Positions 28,179 to 43,381 of a stretch of DNA of 64,000 nt are shown piece after piece. Source of the DNA: Eledone cirrhosa (lineage: Eukaryota). The stretch lies in NCBI GenBank assembly GCA_964016885.1, contig OZ024753.1, positions 40,858,001 to 40,922,000 on the forward strand. The letters run 5' to 3'. The notes below the pieces were generated by a model. The model had not been told where the DNA came from, made no database searches, and saw only the letters and a program-made list of their open reading frames with translations. Position numbers and translations under genes: made by a program. The first letter of the stretch is position 1. Each line of letters opens with the position of its first letter.

Positions 28179-28226
<48 letters not shown>

Positions 28227-28445
28227 TAAAACCGATCTCCTCTTCTAAGCAGTCGTCACTCTGGGCTGATCAGATATGAAAAATGAAAATCGAAAATAAA
28301 AGATTAACAAAATACTACATGAAGAAAGGATAGGAAAATAATATTGAAAAGTAAATCACGTATATACATATTATGTGCATATATATACATTTGAATGTAT
28401 GTATGTATTTATGAATTTATATATAGATATATACATATATATATG

Positions 28446-28535
<90 letters not shown>

Positions 28536-28626
28536 TATATATATATATATAAAAATATATATATATATAAATAAATAAATATATACATATATATAAATAT
28601 ATATATATATAAATAAATAAGTATGC

Positions 28627-28673
<47 letters not shown>

Positions 28674-28698
28674 TATATATATATATATATAAATATAC

Positions 28699-28729
<31 letters not shown>

Positions 28730-29117
28730 TATATATATATGGCTGTATGTGTGGTTTTATACATTTATACATTTATACATTTATACATACACGAAAAAAA
28801 TATATAAACCGTGCAAGACAAATAGAAAATATAGGAATTCTGGAAGGGAATATGCTGATGAATAGAAGGGGTGTGGAGTAAGGGAGCAGATAAGCTAGTT
28901 GCTTTCCCCCAGAGGCAAATAATATTCCGTCCGTCTACAATCTCCAAACAAATAGAGATGTGAGATGCTTAGTCAATATAATGGTGGATACCATGAAATA
29001 GGAATTGAATGCATTTTTGTATATTTTTCGGTTTCTTTTCTTGTTTTTATGTTCTGATTCTTCTATTTACTTATTTTGAGGGGTCTTTATGAAGAAATAT
29101 TATGTTCGAGAGAGTAG

Positions 29118-29221
<104 letters not shown>

Positions 29222-29230
29222 GGGTATATA

Positions 29231-29305
<75 letters not shown>

Positions 29306-29316
29306 ATATATATATA

Positions 29317-29397
<81 letters not shown>

Positions 29398-29425
29398 GTA
29401 TATATATATATATGTATATATATAT

Positions 29426-29462
<37 letters not shown>

Positions 29463-29546
29463 AAGAGATAGTGAGATAGATACATATATATATGTATGTG
29501 TGTGTGAGAGAGAGGAGAGAGTGTTGGTGTGTGTGTCCATGTGCAC

Positions 29547-29604
<58 letters not shown>

Positions 29605-30364
29605 CACACGTATACATACATATATATGTATACGTGTGTGTCTTTTTGTGTGCATGCGTGTGTGTGTGTGTGTGTGCGTATGTACGTATGATCGAGAGAG
29701 TAGGAATATATATAGATATATATCTATATATATATAGATATATATATGTGTGTGTGTGTATGTGTGAGAGAGAGTGTGTGTGTAATTCTATGTGCACGTA
29801 TATATATATATATATACGTCTGTGTGCATGCGTGTGTGTGTGTGCATATGTGTGTGTAGGTGTGATTTATATGGTTGTGTATGGAGGTATTTACGACAGG
29901 TTTATGTATAATAAACATACAAGAGTCTTGCTATAACATTTTCTAAACTGTAACTATGTCACAGCTGAGTCAACAGCCAAGAGAATGTCAGACAACTGTT
30001 TCAGGCGTTTTATCCGTCGTCAGTAACATTTACTCACTCGGTACTGAGACTAAATAGACTAAGGCCTTTGAGGTTTCTGCCTATGAAACATCGGTTGGAA
30101 ATGCTCAGTTCCAACATATGAAACACATTTTAAATGTGCACTAGAGAGTGAGACAGACGACAATGAGTGATACAAGCTTGCACACATCCAGAAACACACT
30201 CAAACACACACACACACATATATATATGTATAATAATAATAATAATAATAATAATAAAGTATATATCCCTTCACGCAAAAAGCGTCCAGGGACACATGTA
30301 TTGTCCAACCATATGCCAATGTGGTTCAATGGTAGGTTAATAAATTAACGAGCCAGAGCATATA

Positions 30365-30537
30365 TAATCAAGGTTTAGCAAATAAGAAAAAGTTCCAAAA
30401 TAAATTTCAAAAAATTCACTGTACTCACTGTCCATTTATTTTTGAGACTCGAAACCGATTCGGTAAAGGTAACCATAGTGAGTACAATGAATTTTTTGAA
30501 ATTTATTTTGAAACTTTTTCTTATTTGCTAAACCTTG

Positions 30538-30542
<5 letters not shown>
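30365..30542. mobile_element. Fold-back element, family E (PLE pLTR-like, 3' half hammerhead in the centre)
   Basis: ~65-bp imperfect inverted arms; centre GAAACCGATTCGGTA (30451-30465); TGAGTAC motif shared with families A-C. Confidence 0.55.
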
Positions 30543-30576
<34 letters not shown>

Positions 30577-30813
30577 CATTTAGAAACACACAGATACATG
30601 CGGACACACACATATATACATGAATGCATCCGCACCCAACTGTGAGTTAAGGGTGCCAACTTCACCGATGTTGCTCAATGAATGACTGGGACAGACCAAT
30701 TCAGTTTGAACCAGACTGAACCAGTATCAGAGTTAAAAATACATTATGAAGAGAGAAGAAACATTTAGATATAATTAGTAATAAAATGTATCATACCTAA
30801 ACTGTTCCTAAAT

Positions 30814-30901
30814 TCCTCGACTACGTAGTTTCGTGGCATAAACAAAAACAATATATCAAAGATATAGAGTCCTTGCGAGGTCTGCCGACTTATCAAGAGG
30901 A
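30814..30901 (-). ncRNA. Type I hammerhead, U3-A8 core variant (unit 1)
   Basis: TCCTC TTGATAA GTCGGCA...TGCCAC GAAA CTACGTAGT C GAGGA on minus. Confidence 0.75.
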
Positions 30902-31404
30902 TACCTCATTTTACTAGTCTCAAGAACGCGTCTACACGACGTGAGAAAGAATCCCAAAAGGCGGAGGGGGAGATAGTCACGCGATATAACGGTCGAGAAA
31001 CAGAGCTAAGCCTCTTATAACCACGAAAAAAATACCACGGAGGCGGAGGGGGTATTCATATCGAGGCCGCAGAAGAGGTAGTGAAGAAGGCGAGAAGTAT
31101 GAGTAATGGAAGCTTTCCAGTTGTCCCCACACTTCAAAGATTGCTCGACCAGAGGGAGTTATTAATACATTTAGAAACACACAGATACATGCGGACACAC
31201 ACATATATACATGAATGCATCCGCACCCAACTGTGAGTTAAGGGTGCCAACTTCACCGATGTTGCTCAATGAATGACTGGGACAGACCAATTCAGTTTGA
31301 ACCAGACTGAACCAGTATCAGAGTTAAAAATACATTATGAAGAGAGAAGAAACATTTAGATATAATTAGTAATAAAATGTATCATACCTAAACTGTTCCT
31401 AAAT

Positions 31405-31492
31405 TCCTCGACTACGTAGTTTCGTGGCATAAACAAAAACAATATATCAAAGATATAGAGTCCTTGCGAGGTCTGCCGACTTATCAAGAGGA
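31405..31492 (-). ncRNA. Type I hammerhead, U3-A8 core variant (unit 2)
   Basis: Identical to unit 1. Confidence 0.75.
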
Positions 31493-31995
31493 TACCTCAT
31501 TTTACTAGTCTCAAGAACGCGTCTACACGACGTGAGAAAGAATCCCAAAAGGCGGAGGGGGAGATAGTCACGCGATATAACGGTCGAGAAACAGAGCTAA
31601 GCCTCTTATAACCACGAAAAAAATACCACGGAGGCGGAGGGGGTATTCATATCGAGGCCGCAGAAGAGGTAGTGAAGAAGGCGAGAAGTATGAGTAATGG
31701 AAGCTTTCCAGTTGTCCCCACACTTCAAAGGTTGCTCGACCAGAGGGAGTTATTAATACATTTAGAAACACACAGATACATGCGGACACACACATATATA
31801 CATGAATGAATCCGCACCCAACTGTGAGTTAAGGGTGCCAACTTCACCGATGTTGCTCAATGAATGACTGGGACAGACCAATTCAGTTTGAACCAGACTG
31901 AACCAGTATCAGAGTTAAAAATACATTATGAAGAGAGAAGAAACATTTAGATATAATTAGTAATAAAATGTATCATACCTAAACTGTTCCTAAAT

Positions 31996-32083
31996 TCCTC
32001 GACTACGTAGTTTCGTGGCATAAACAAAAACAATATATCAAAGATATAGAGTCCTTGCGAGGTCTGCCGACTTATCAAGAGGA
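31996..32083 (-). ncRNA. Type I hammerhead, U3-A8 core variant (unit 3)
   Basis: Identical to unit 1. Confidence 0.75.
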
Positions 32084-32582
32084 TACCTCATTTTACTAGT
32101 CTCAAGAACGCGTCTACACGACGTGAGAAAGAATCCCAAAAGGCGGAGGGGGAGATAGTCACGCGATATAACGGTCGAGAAACAGAGCTAAGCCTCTTAT
32201 AACCACGAAAAAAATACCACGGAGGCGGAGGGGGTATTCATATCGAGGCCGCAGAAGAGGTAGTGAAGAAGGCGAGAAGTATGAGTAATGGAAGCTTTCC
32301 AGTTGTCCCCACACTTCAAAGGTTGCTCGACCAGAGGGAGTTATTAATACATTTAGAAACACACAGATACATGCACACACATATATACATGAATGCATCC
32401 GCACCCAACTGTGAGTTAAGGGTGCCAACTTCACCGATGTTGCTCAATGAATGACTGGGACAGACCAATTCAGTTTGAACCAGACTGAACCAGTATCAGA
32501 GTTAAAAATACATTATGAAGAGAGAAGAAACATTTAGATATAATTAGTAATAAAATGTATCATACCTAAACTGTTCCTAAAT

Positions 32583-32670
32583 TCCTCGACTACGTAGTTT
32601 CGTGGCATAAACAAAAACAATATATCAAAGATATAGAGTCCTTGCGAGGTCTGCCGACTTATCAAGAGGA
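32583..32670 (-). ncRNA. Type I hammerhead, U3-A8 core variant (unit 4)
   Basis: Identical to unit 1; the array is truncated 19 nt upstream of it. Confidence 0.75.
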
Positions 32671-32780
32671 TACCTCATTTTACTAGTCTTTTTACTAGAA
32701 GTGTGGGGACAACTGGAAAGCTTCCATTACTCATACTTCTCGCCTTCTTCACTACCTCTTCTGCGGCCTCGATATGAATA

Positions 32781-32873
32781 CCCCCTCCGCCTCCGTGGTA
32801 TTTTTTTCGTGGTTATAAGAGGCTTAGCTCTGTTTCTCGACCGTTATATCGCGTGACTATCTCCCCCTCCGCC
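32781..32873 (+). promoter_or_regulatory. Putative internal Pol II promoter of the 591-bp unit (GC boxes + TATA)
   Basis: CCCCCTCCGCC at 32781 and 32863, TATAAGA at 32814-32820, ~110 nt upstream of the hammerhead on the same strand. Confidence 0.3.
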
Positions 32874-32931
32874 TTTTGGGATTCTTTCTCACGTCGTGTA
32901 GACGCGTTCTTGAGACTAGTAAAATGAGGTA

Positions 32932-33019
32932 TCCTCTTGATAAGTCGGCAGACCTCGCAAGGACTCTATATCTTTGATATATTGTTTTTGTTTATGCCAC
33001 GAAACTACGTAGTCGAGGA
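32932..33019 (+). ncRNA. Type I hammerhead, U3-A8 core variant (inverted copy)
   Basis: Stem I TCCTC 32932-36 / GAGGA 33015-19; core TTGATAA 32937-43; stem II GTCGGCA / TGCCAC; GAAA 33001-04; palindromic stem III ACTACGTAGT; GTC cleavage after 33014. Confidence 0.8.
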
Positions 33020-33088
33020 ATTTAGGAACAGTTTAGGTATGATACATTTTATTACTAATTATATCTAAATGTTTCTTCTCTCTTCATA

Positions 33089-33718
<630 letters not shown>

Positions 33719-33735
33719 AAAAAATATATATATAT

Positions 33736-33913
33736 AACAAAGAAAGTGTGGTAAGAAACCAGGTGGACTATAACGTACTCGATACTTAGGGTAGTAGAGT
33801 GGGTAATAGGAAAAGAGTCAGGACCCCGACAGCTGAGCTCCAGCCGTTTCGACAGCTTGATCCGAAACCGCGTCTAGCTGTCAACGGCCGGAGCTCAGCC
33901 GTCAGTGTCTTTT

Positions 33914-33916
<3 letters not shown>
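33736..33916 (-). mobile_element. PLE pLTR-like element, family C
   Basis: Same tail and palindrome as 9611. Confidence 0.75.
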
Positions 33917-33965
<49 letters not shown>

Positions 33966-34291
33966 TGCATACACACATTCATACATACTTACATATATGC
34001 ATATATACGTACATATATGCATATATACGTACATATATGTATATATACATACATATATGCATATATACGTACATATATGTATATATACATACATATATAT
34101 ACATAAAGTATAATATTCTTTCATATCTTCCCATAAGATAAATTTCTCACAATTTCCCATGTGTACTCAGATAACGTATATATATATACATACATGTATA
34201 TACATACATATATATTCATTAATATATATATATATACATATATATATATACATATATATATATATATGTGTGTGTACACATATATACATAT

Positions 34292-34455
<164 letters not shown>

Positions 34456-34750
34456 ATTGCCCATCGTCAAATATAAGATAGCTAAGTATTCATCTGAGGA
34501 TGCTCTCAAATATCTTTACCTGGCTATTTATTTCTATCTATCAAATATCAGTCTTCTATGATACGAATATTATCAGTTAAAAAGATATGTACGCAAAATA
34601 TTATTTTCGCCTCACTCCAAGCGTGGAGATGTGATAATGGTATCTCAAAGTTATAGTCTTAAGTTGTGTGGGCGCCTGTAGACGTCTATATTTTTGTGTA
34701 TATATCGTATGTACGAGTATCTCTGTCTTTGAGTGCCTGTATGTATTCTA

Positions 34751-34783
<33 letters not shown>

Positions 34784-34788
34784 CACAC

Positions 34789-34846
<58 letters not shown>

Positions 34847-35007
34847 TGGAAAATTGGCAACAGATGCAATTAAAACCAGATACAAGAACAAGGACAAGAG
34901 AATATGTGGCGAGATTGTATATAGACGATAAAATTTGTATCATCATATATATAAGAATAAACAAACGCATACACTAGCGAACACATATATGCGCACACAC
35001 ACAGTAT

Positions 35008-35083
<76 letters not shown>

Positions 35084-35118
35084 CATATATATATTTATAT
35101 ATATATATATATATATAT

Positions 35119-35291
35119 AACAAAGGAATTGTGGTAAGGAGCCAGATGGACCATAACGCACCAGAGTACTCAATACTTAGGGTAGTAGATTGGGAAATAG
35201 GAAAAAGTATGACCCCGACGGCAGAACTCAAGCCGTTCCGACGGCTACTTCTGAAACGGCTTGAGCTCTGCCGTCAGGGTCATATTTTTTC
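35119..35291 (-). mobile_element. PLE pLTR-like element, family C
   Basis: Same tail and palindrome as 3967. Confidence 0.75.
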
Positions 35292-35320
35292 ATATATATA
35301 TATATATATATATATTTATA

Positions 35321-35516
35321 TGGTTTCTACAGTACTAGAACTGTTTGATTCGGGAGAAACCATCAGAAAGCCTGATGATTTCTCCCGAATGAAACAGTTC
35401 TAGTCCTGTAGTAGCCATTTCTAGTCATGTAGTAGCCATTTCTATAGTATTTATACTCTGCTATGTATTGAGTACCTTACTTACTGTGGTTACTCCTCGA
35501 TTGAACCCGCGATAAA
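35321..35516 (+). mobile_element. PLE pLTR-like element, family B
   Basis: CTGATGATTTCTCCCGAATGAAACAGTTCTAGTCCTGTA (35372-35410), inverted left arm, family A/B tail. Confidence 0.7.
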
Positions 35517-36051
35517 CTTATATATATATATATATATATAAAGAATTAGTATATCTACCAACATATGTATACAGATGCATACCTATGTTAGCAAATATAT
35601 GTTTTGTCTTAGTAACTTTGTGGTTCTATGTTGGTAGATATACTAATTCTTTATAATTAACTCCAAATTATTTGTTGAGCAAAACTTGCCGAAATTACTA
35701 CTATGATTAATATTAATGGCTAGGCCCTGTCTTAATAGCACCCCCACTCCTCACTGATTAATCTCAGTGTCACGTGATTGATTCTTTTGAATTTGCCACT
35801 TGACCAAGTAGGCAGTGAATTTTTCAATGTCTTGGAATCTAGTCCCCGCTCGCTTTTTTCCATCCACTGAATTATTTTTATATAAGTTCCCAGTGTCCTC
35901 GCATTGCCTGGAAGCTTAGCTGAGAATAGACTCCCTGATGACGTAAGGCTTCTCTATGGATACGCTCCGTAACCATATTTATCCCCTTACAGAAACTAAT
36001 TAGTTGGAGTGAAATTTTAGTAAGTCAATTTTCATAACTTTCTTATTTACG

Positions 36052-36152
<101 letters not shown>

Positions 36153-36205
36153 TACATATATGTATGTGTGTAGTGAGATAGTTAGATATATAGATAGATA
36201 GATAA

Positions 36206-36266
<61 letters not shown>

Positions 36267-36377
36267 AGCCCTATGACAGACAAATACCTTGTGTATGTCG
36301 TAGTATGCCCCGCCGTTATACATTGAAACGTACGTAGGATTGAAATAATGTTTTAATATATATATATATATATATAT

Positions 36378-36437
36378 AGTAGTCCAGAAATAGCCGTCGA
36401 AACGGCTTGAGCTCTGCCCTCGGGGTCATACATTTTC

Positions 36438-36492
<55 letters not shown>

Positions 36493-36686
36493 AAAGTATG
36501 ACCCCGACGTCAGAGGTCAAGCCGTTTCGACGGCTAATTCTGAACTGAGTCCAGAATTGGCCGTCGAAACGGCTTGAGCTCTGCCGTCGAGGTAATACTT
36601 GTTCCTATTACCCACTCTACTACCCTAAGTATTGAGTACTTTGGTGCGTTATGGTCCATCTGGTTCCTTACCACATTTCCTTCGTT
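36378..36686 (+). mobile_element. Partial plus complete family C elements
   Basis: 36378-36439 and 36488-36686. Confidence 0.75.
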
Positions 36687-36963
36687 ATATATATGTATAT
36701 ATATATATATATATAATTATATATATATATATTGAGTCAGGATTGTTTATGTATGTATATATATATACATGTCTATTTATGAGTGTTTGTCTATGAATAT
36801 ATGTATATACCGGTGTATGGGTAAATATGAGAGTTTTCATAAGCATCTCTCAGTTCATAGTAAAATGTCTGTACCAACGTTTGAATGTAGGTTATCATCT
36901 GATAATGTAATAACAGTTTCGGCCATCGCCTCACACGTATCAATTAATATTATCTATTAATAT

Positions 36964-37458
36964 TGAGTTCAAATACCGCCGAGGTTAACTTTGCCTTACG
37001 GGGTCGATAAAATAAAGTACCAGTAATGTACTGGGATAATTGCTGGCCTTGTGCCTAAATTAGAAACAATTATCTATTAATATTACGGTGGATTGGCAGT
37101 ATCGGTAGAGAGTCGGACGCCATGCTTTGAAGCATAGAGTTACGTACCTTTATGATATGAGTTCAAATCCCGCCGAGGTTAACTTTGCCTTTCATCCTTA
37201 AAATAAAGTACCAGTAATGTACTGGGAAATTGCTGGCCTTGTGCATAAAGTAGAAACAATTATCTATTAATATTACGGTGGATTGGCAGTATCGGTAGAG
37301 GGTCGGACGCCATGCTTTCCAGCATAGTTACGTCCCTTTACGATCTGAGTTCAAATCCCGCCGAGGTTGACTTTACCTTTCATCCTTACGGGGTCGATAA
37401 AATAAAGTACCAGTAATGCACTGGGTATTTGCTGGCCTTGTGCCTAAAGTAGAAACAA
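36964..37458 (+). mobile_element. Head-to-tail array of three SINE copies
   Basis: Junction GAAACAATTATCTATTAATATTACGGTGGATTGG repeated at ~37063 and ~37253. Confidence 0.9.
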
Positions 37459-37594
37459 ATATTACAACTTAGTATAAGCACAAACAAAGCATGTGAAAGT
37501 CGAGGACATATATTGTGACTTCACACATAAACACATACACAAACACACAAGGACATATACAAGCAACCACACATCTCTCTCTCGCTCTTTCTCA

Positions 37595-37666
<72 letters not shown>

Positions 37667-37669
37667 TCA

Positions 37670-37702
<33 letters not shown>

Positions 37703-38422
37703 ATCTGGAAAAACGAAGAATCAGTGATGCATCGAAGTATATGTGTGTGTGAAAGAGAGCGAGTGTGTATGTGTGTGTAAGAGAGAGAGAGAGAGAGAGA
37801 GTTGTGTGTATGTGTGTGAGTTTGTGTATGTGTTTGCGTGTATGTGTATGTGAGAGAGAACGAGTGTGTATTGCATATGTGTGTGTGTGAGAGAGAGAAA
37901 AAGAGAAACAGAGAGAGTGTGTGTGTGTGTGTGTATGTGTGTGAGTTTATGTATGTGTTTGCGTGTATGTGTACGTGAGCGAGAAACAGAGAGAGTGTGT
38001 GTGTGTATGGGCATGTATGTGTGTGTGTGTGAGAGAAAAAGGTGTATTTGTGTATATATGAGAGAGAGAGAGTATGTTTTGGGGTATGTGTATGTATATA
38101 AAAAGGATATGTACGTCATACGTCTTCACAGAAATCTGTGATGAATGTAATAACATGTCTTGACAGGTCATAATTGGATTGGGTTTAACATAGAACTATT
38201 GCAATCTGCAGGAGATTGAAATAGGTGCAGTAGCGGCAAATGTCAGCTTATTACAACACTAAGCCGCAATGTTTTCTTATTACTCGTTGTTTTCGCACTT
38301 TTCTTCAACTTTTGCTATCTCTTATTAATATGATTCCGAGATAACATACTCGTCATATGTTAATAGTGTCCCAAGATACTCTTATATATGTATTTATGTC
38401 TATATATATATATGTATGTATG

Positions 38423-38497
<75 letters not shown>

Positions 38498-38572
38498 GTA
38501 CATACATACGTACATACGTACATAGATACGTACATAGATATATTACATACGTACTTACGTCTATCTATACAA

Positions 38573-38618
<46 letters not shown>

Positions 38619-38730
38619 ATGTTTAGATACACGTAAGTACGTATGTAATATATGTATGTACGTATGTACCTATCTATGTACGTATGTACCTATCTATGTA
38701 CGTATGTACGTATGTATGTACGTATATATA

Positions 38731-38777
<47 letters not shown>

Positions 38778-38856
38778 CTGTACGTATATCTTTATGTGCA
38801 AGTACCCTGCATGTACAAATATATACACATATATCATACATACATACATACATACA

Positions 38857-38892
<36 letters not shown>

Positions 38893-39091
38893 CATACATA
38901 CATACATATATATATATACATATACGTGGAGCATTATTTTCGACATATCGAAATATGTATTAAATTTCATATCTCTCTCATAATTCCATACATATTTTAA
39001 TCCACATCCCTAACATATCATTTCCTCTCACTCACTTTTATCTTATCAATATACAGTCTTAAATATACAAATATAATTGCTTACACATACA

Positions 39092-39194
<103 letters not shown>

Positions 39195-39275
39195 ATATAT
39201 ATGTATATATATATATATATTTGTATATATATATATGTATGTATATATATATATATGTATATATATATACATATA

Positions 39276-39320
<45 letters not shown>

Positions 39321-39337
39321 GTATGTATGTGTATATA

Positions 39338-39516
<179 letters not shown>

Positions 39517-39743
39517 GTATGTATATATATATATATATGTATGTATATATATATATATATAAATGTATCTATGTATATATGTATATACTTTTGTGACTCA
39601 TTATATATTTTGAATATACCGGACAGCCAACACGAATGTGGAAATTCTCCATGGGATGAAGCTCTGATATCCTTTTGCTACCACCTTGATACCTTTCACA
39701 CACTCACACTCACTAGTATATATATATATATATATATACACAG

Positions 39744-39790
<47 letters not shown>

Positions 39791-39791
39791 C

Positions 39792-39990
39792 GTAGGTCCC
39801 GGGTTGAGTCGGGGATAACCACAGTATGTAAGGTACTCAATACAGAGTAAAAAAATTTTATTTTATAGAAGGAGCTTCTACAGGACTAGTACTGTTTCAT
39901 TCAGATGAAATCTTCCAGAGCTTCCTGAAGATTTCATCTGAATGAAACAGTACTAGTCCTGTAGAAGCTCCTTCTATAAAATAAAAAATA
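39792..39990. mobile_element. PLE pLTR-like element, family A
   Basis: Near-identical to 3572-3765; (TA)n flanks. Confidence 0.8.
39918..39970 (+). ncRNA. Type I hammerhead ribozyme (family A)
   Basis: GAGCTTC CTGAAGA TTTCATCTGAAT GAA ACAG TACTAGTC CTGT A GAAGCTC. Confidence 0.8.
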
Positions 39991-40004
39991 TATATATATG
40001 TAGG

Positions 40005-40043
<39 letters not shown>

Positions 40044-40071
40044 ATATATGGAAAGTGATACAAGTTAGAAA

Positions 40072-40129
<58 letters not shown>

Positions 40130-41033
40130 TATGTACGTATGTGTGTTTGTATGCACCTGATACATATAATAACTACGAGACTTCATTGACGTGTCACATG
40201 ACAATGAAATATGATTGAATTTCGAAAATTTATTTAACATACTACACTACCCCCCAACGTGCCGCATTTCTCAGAGTGATACGTCTATATCTTAATTATG
40301 TGTGGCATTGGATATCACTTAAACCCAGACTACTGTCACATAATGCCTGTTGTACATGATACTAGTCTAGATAAATCCCTATCAAGGACCTTCCTGCGTC
40401 TGCCTGTTCATTTATTTTGGTATCTTTTTAGTCAATTAACTTTTTTCTTCGGTACGATTCCAATTTTGTCTTCCATATAACGATGAAACATATTCGTTTT
40501 ATGACTCCCAAAAGGGACATCTTAAAAGAATATATATGTTTAATCTTTATAAGGTAGACGAAATTAGAAAACAGAAACATACCAACCAAATGGCTATTCA
40601 TATTCTATTACCATAGTGCAGTTATTCAGATGAGATATAATCTATCCTATGGGAATACCAGTGCAGGTACTATTCAATGAAATTGGACACAATATTGAAA
40701 GTATATACTTCATATATGTGCAGAATTTAATATTTATAAGCCAACATATAAGAAATAGCAGCCAGATTTCCTTCCAAATTGTTCAACAATGAGCCTTACA
40801 TGGGCATCATATCCAAGAAGATACATGTTGCCCAAGAAAAAGACAGGATGGTCATATCTGGAACACATATGGTCATAGATGAAGCGCTAAACAACAAAGA
40901 CAATTGTTATTAAAAAATGTGTCTGACATCGTCGAGCGATTGTTCGAAAGTTCAATAACAAATACAATATTTTATGATTTGTTTGTTGCCTCAAACCCTT
41001 CCTTTTTGCTACCTCATGCTATTATATGACTTC

Positions 41034-41229
41034 GTGGATTGGCAGTAGCGGTAGAGGGTCGGACGCCATACTTTGACGCATAGAGATACGGCCCTTTCCA
41101 TTCTGATTTCAAATCCCGCCAAGGTTAACTTTGCCTTTCACCTTTCATCCTTATGGGGGTCGATAAAATAAAGTACCAGTAATGCACTGGGTAATTGCTG
41201 GCCTTGTGCCAAAAGTAGAAACAATTATA
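41034..41229 (+). mobile_element. tRNA-derived SINE
   Basis: Family match; TSD ATTATATGA(C/T)TTC. Confidence 0.9.
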
Positions 41230-41366
41230 TGATTTCTACTAGAAGGAGCTGTATAGGCAGTAATCGGTAGAGCGACGCACAAAATTCTTTGTGGTATTTA
41301 AGTACGAGTTTCTACGTTTTAAGTTCAAATCCCAAGTGAGATTAGCCGAGCTCATATATGTTATAC

Positions 41367-41480
41367 AACCATCTTGCTCGGGGTCTACCCCTAGGTCTCC
41401 TGCCGTTTGGTTTTGCCCGCAAAATCAGTCCAACCAGCGATTCTTTCCTGTGACATTCTCACCACATGCCCATAGTTTGA
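41367..41480 (-). mobile_element. Degenerate RTE-type LINE C-terminal fragment
   Basis: YGHVVRMSQERIA then, frameshifted, LILRAKPNGRRPRGRP. Confidence 0.6.
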
Positions 41481-42222
41481 ACTCAGATTGCAAGGATGTG
41501 ATACAAATACCACAAAGTATCTAATAATAACAATTTCGCTAATTATTTCCCAGTCAACCAGCCTGAAGTTTTGCTTTATTTTATAAGCCATGAAAGACTG
41601 AAAGGTTATCGGAGCATAGTTGGCTGCCCGTAGGCGCGAGTTCTGCGAGGTGGAGTGACTGTTCCAACACGTCTCCCTCGCCGTCCTGTGGGGCAACGTA
41701 TACTCCATCCTGTCGGCTGGGGCCAAAAGACGGAGAGTAAGATGGTTGGAGGTGGAAGATACTCCATTTAGACATCACACATATATGCACGCATACACAT
41801 ACCGGAATTAAGAATTAATTGTTTACACAGAACTACATTAACAATGGCGTGATTTGAGCCCAGAGAACAGGAACGAATTAGATACGGAACATATTGTATG
41901 ATTGTATAACAACTACGTTAATTCAGTTCCTATATTAGAAACTATTGTTAATAATTCATGTATTCATCTACATAATTATTATCATGATACTGACATCGAG
42001 TTTAAACAAGACAAGATAAGATACTCCATTGCTGATCCAGGGATTTAAATCTTGTAGCATAATTTCATCGTACGATATGAGTCGCTAAATCAGGAATTGT
42101 GTATGAAATGTTGCTATATCCATAAGATAATATGGCATGTTAAGGATTATGTTGGTATTAGCTATCAGCAGATAATTTAGAAGCTGTGACCAGATAATTG
42201 CATATCAGGATGGAATTAATAT

Positions 42223-42269
<47 letters not shown>

Positions 42270-42271
<2 letters not shown>

Positions 42272-42461
42272 CGAAGGAAATGTGGTAAGGAACCAAGTGG
42301 ACCATAACGCATCAAAGTACTCAATACTTAGGGTAGTAGAGTGGGTAATAGGAACGAGTAGGACCCCGACGGCTGAGATCAAGCCGTTTCGACGACTAAT
42401 TCTGGACTGAATTAGCCGTCGAAACGGCTTGAGCTCAGCCGTCGGGGTCCTACTCGTTCCT
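42270..42461 (-). mobile_element. PLE pLTR-like element, family C
   Basis: Near-identical to 9611-9802. Confidence 0.8.
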
Positions 42462-42527
42462 ATATATATATGTATATATATGTGTGTGTGTGTGTGTGTC
42501 TGTGTGTGTGTGTGCATATAAATATAT

Positions 42528-42571
<44 letters not shown>

Positions 42572-43056
42572 TATAATGATAATGTTAATAATGATTTCTT
42601 CTGTAGGAATAAAGCCAGTAATTTTGTCGGAAGGGAAAGTCGATTAAATCGACCCCAGTACATTACTGGTATCGACCCCGTAAGGATGAAAGGCAAAGCT
42701 ATCCTCGGCGTGATTTTAACTCACCACTAATATATATGTGTGTGTGTATATACATATATGAATGTGTGTGTCCCAGGTTCAATCGGGGGTAACGACAGTT
42801 AGTAAGATACTCAATACATTAGTAGTGTAAACATCACATATACATACATATAAATATATATATATACATATATATATACGTGTGTGTGTGTGTTAGTGTG
42901 CGTGTGTGTGTGTGCGTGTGTGTGTGTTATACAGGGTTTCCACTTCCCTATACAACGTTGTAACATTTCCATATATATTTTGAAAACATTTGAATTGTTC
43001 ACTTAAATAATTCACTTTCCATCTACAAAATTGCATTATATTTTCTCTTTGGGTGG

Positions 43057-43381
43057 TGTAAGGGCGGTGGGTTGGCAGTATCGGTAGAGGATCGGACACC
43101 ATGTAAGGGCGGTGGATGGGTAGTATCGGTAGAGGGTCGGACACCATGTAAGGGCGGTGGATTGGCAGTATCGGTAGAGGGTCGGACGCCATGTAAGGGC
43201 GGTGGATTGGCAGTATCGGTAGAGGGTCGGACGCCATGGTTTCCAGCATAGTCCCTTTACGATCTGAGTTCAAATCCCGCCGAGGTTGACTTTGCCTTTC
43301 ATCCTTACGGGGTCGATAAAATAAAGTACCAGTAATACACTGGTTAATTCCTGGAATTGTGCCTAAAGTAGAAACAATTAT
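43057..43381 (+). mobile_element. SINE with 4x tandem 45-bp 5' head
   Basis: TGTAAGGGCGGTGG..TGG.AGTATCGGTAGAGG.TCGGAC.CCA at 43057, 43102, 43147, 43192; 16-bp TSD ATTATATTTTCTCTTT. Confidence 0.9.

Larger units (their letters stand above)
30573..32689 (-). mobile_element. 591-bp tandem array (~3.6 units), retrozyme-like / non-autonomous PLE
   Basis: Unit starts AATACATTTAGAAAC at 30573, 31164, 31755, 32346; near-identical units (4-nt deletion in unit 4); one hammerhead per unit on minus; (TA)n at left. Confidence 0.85.

Noticed and set aside
30977-32454. Repeated 63-91 aa ORFs in the 591-bp array
   Set aside because: No recognisable domain; they recur only because the unit is repeated
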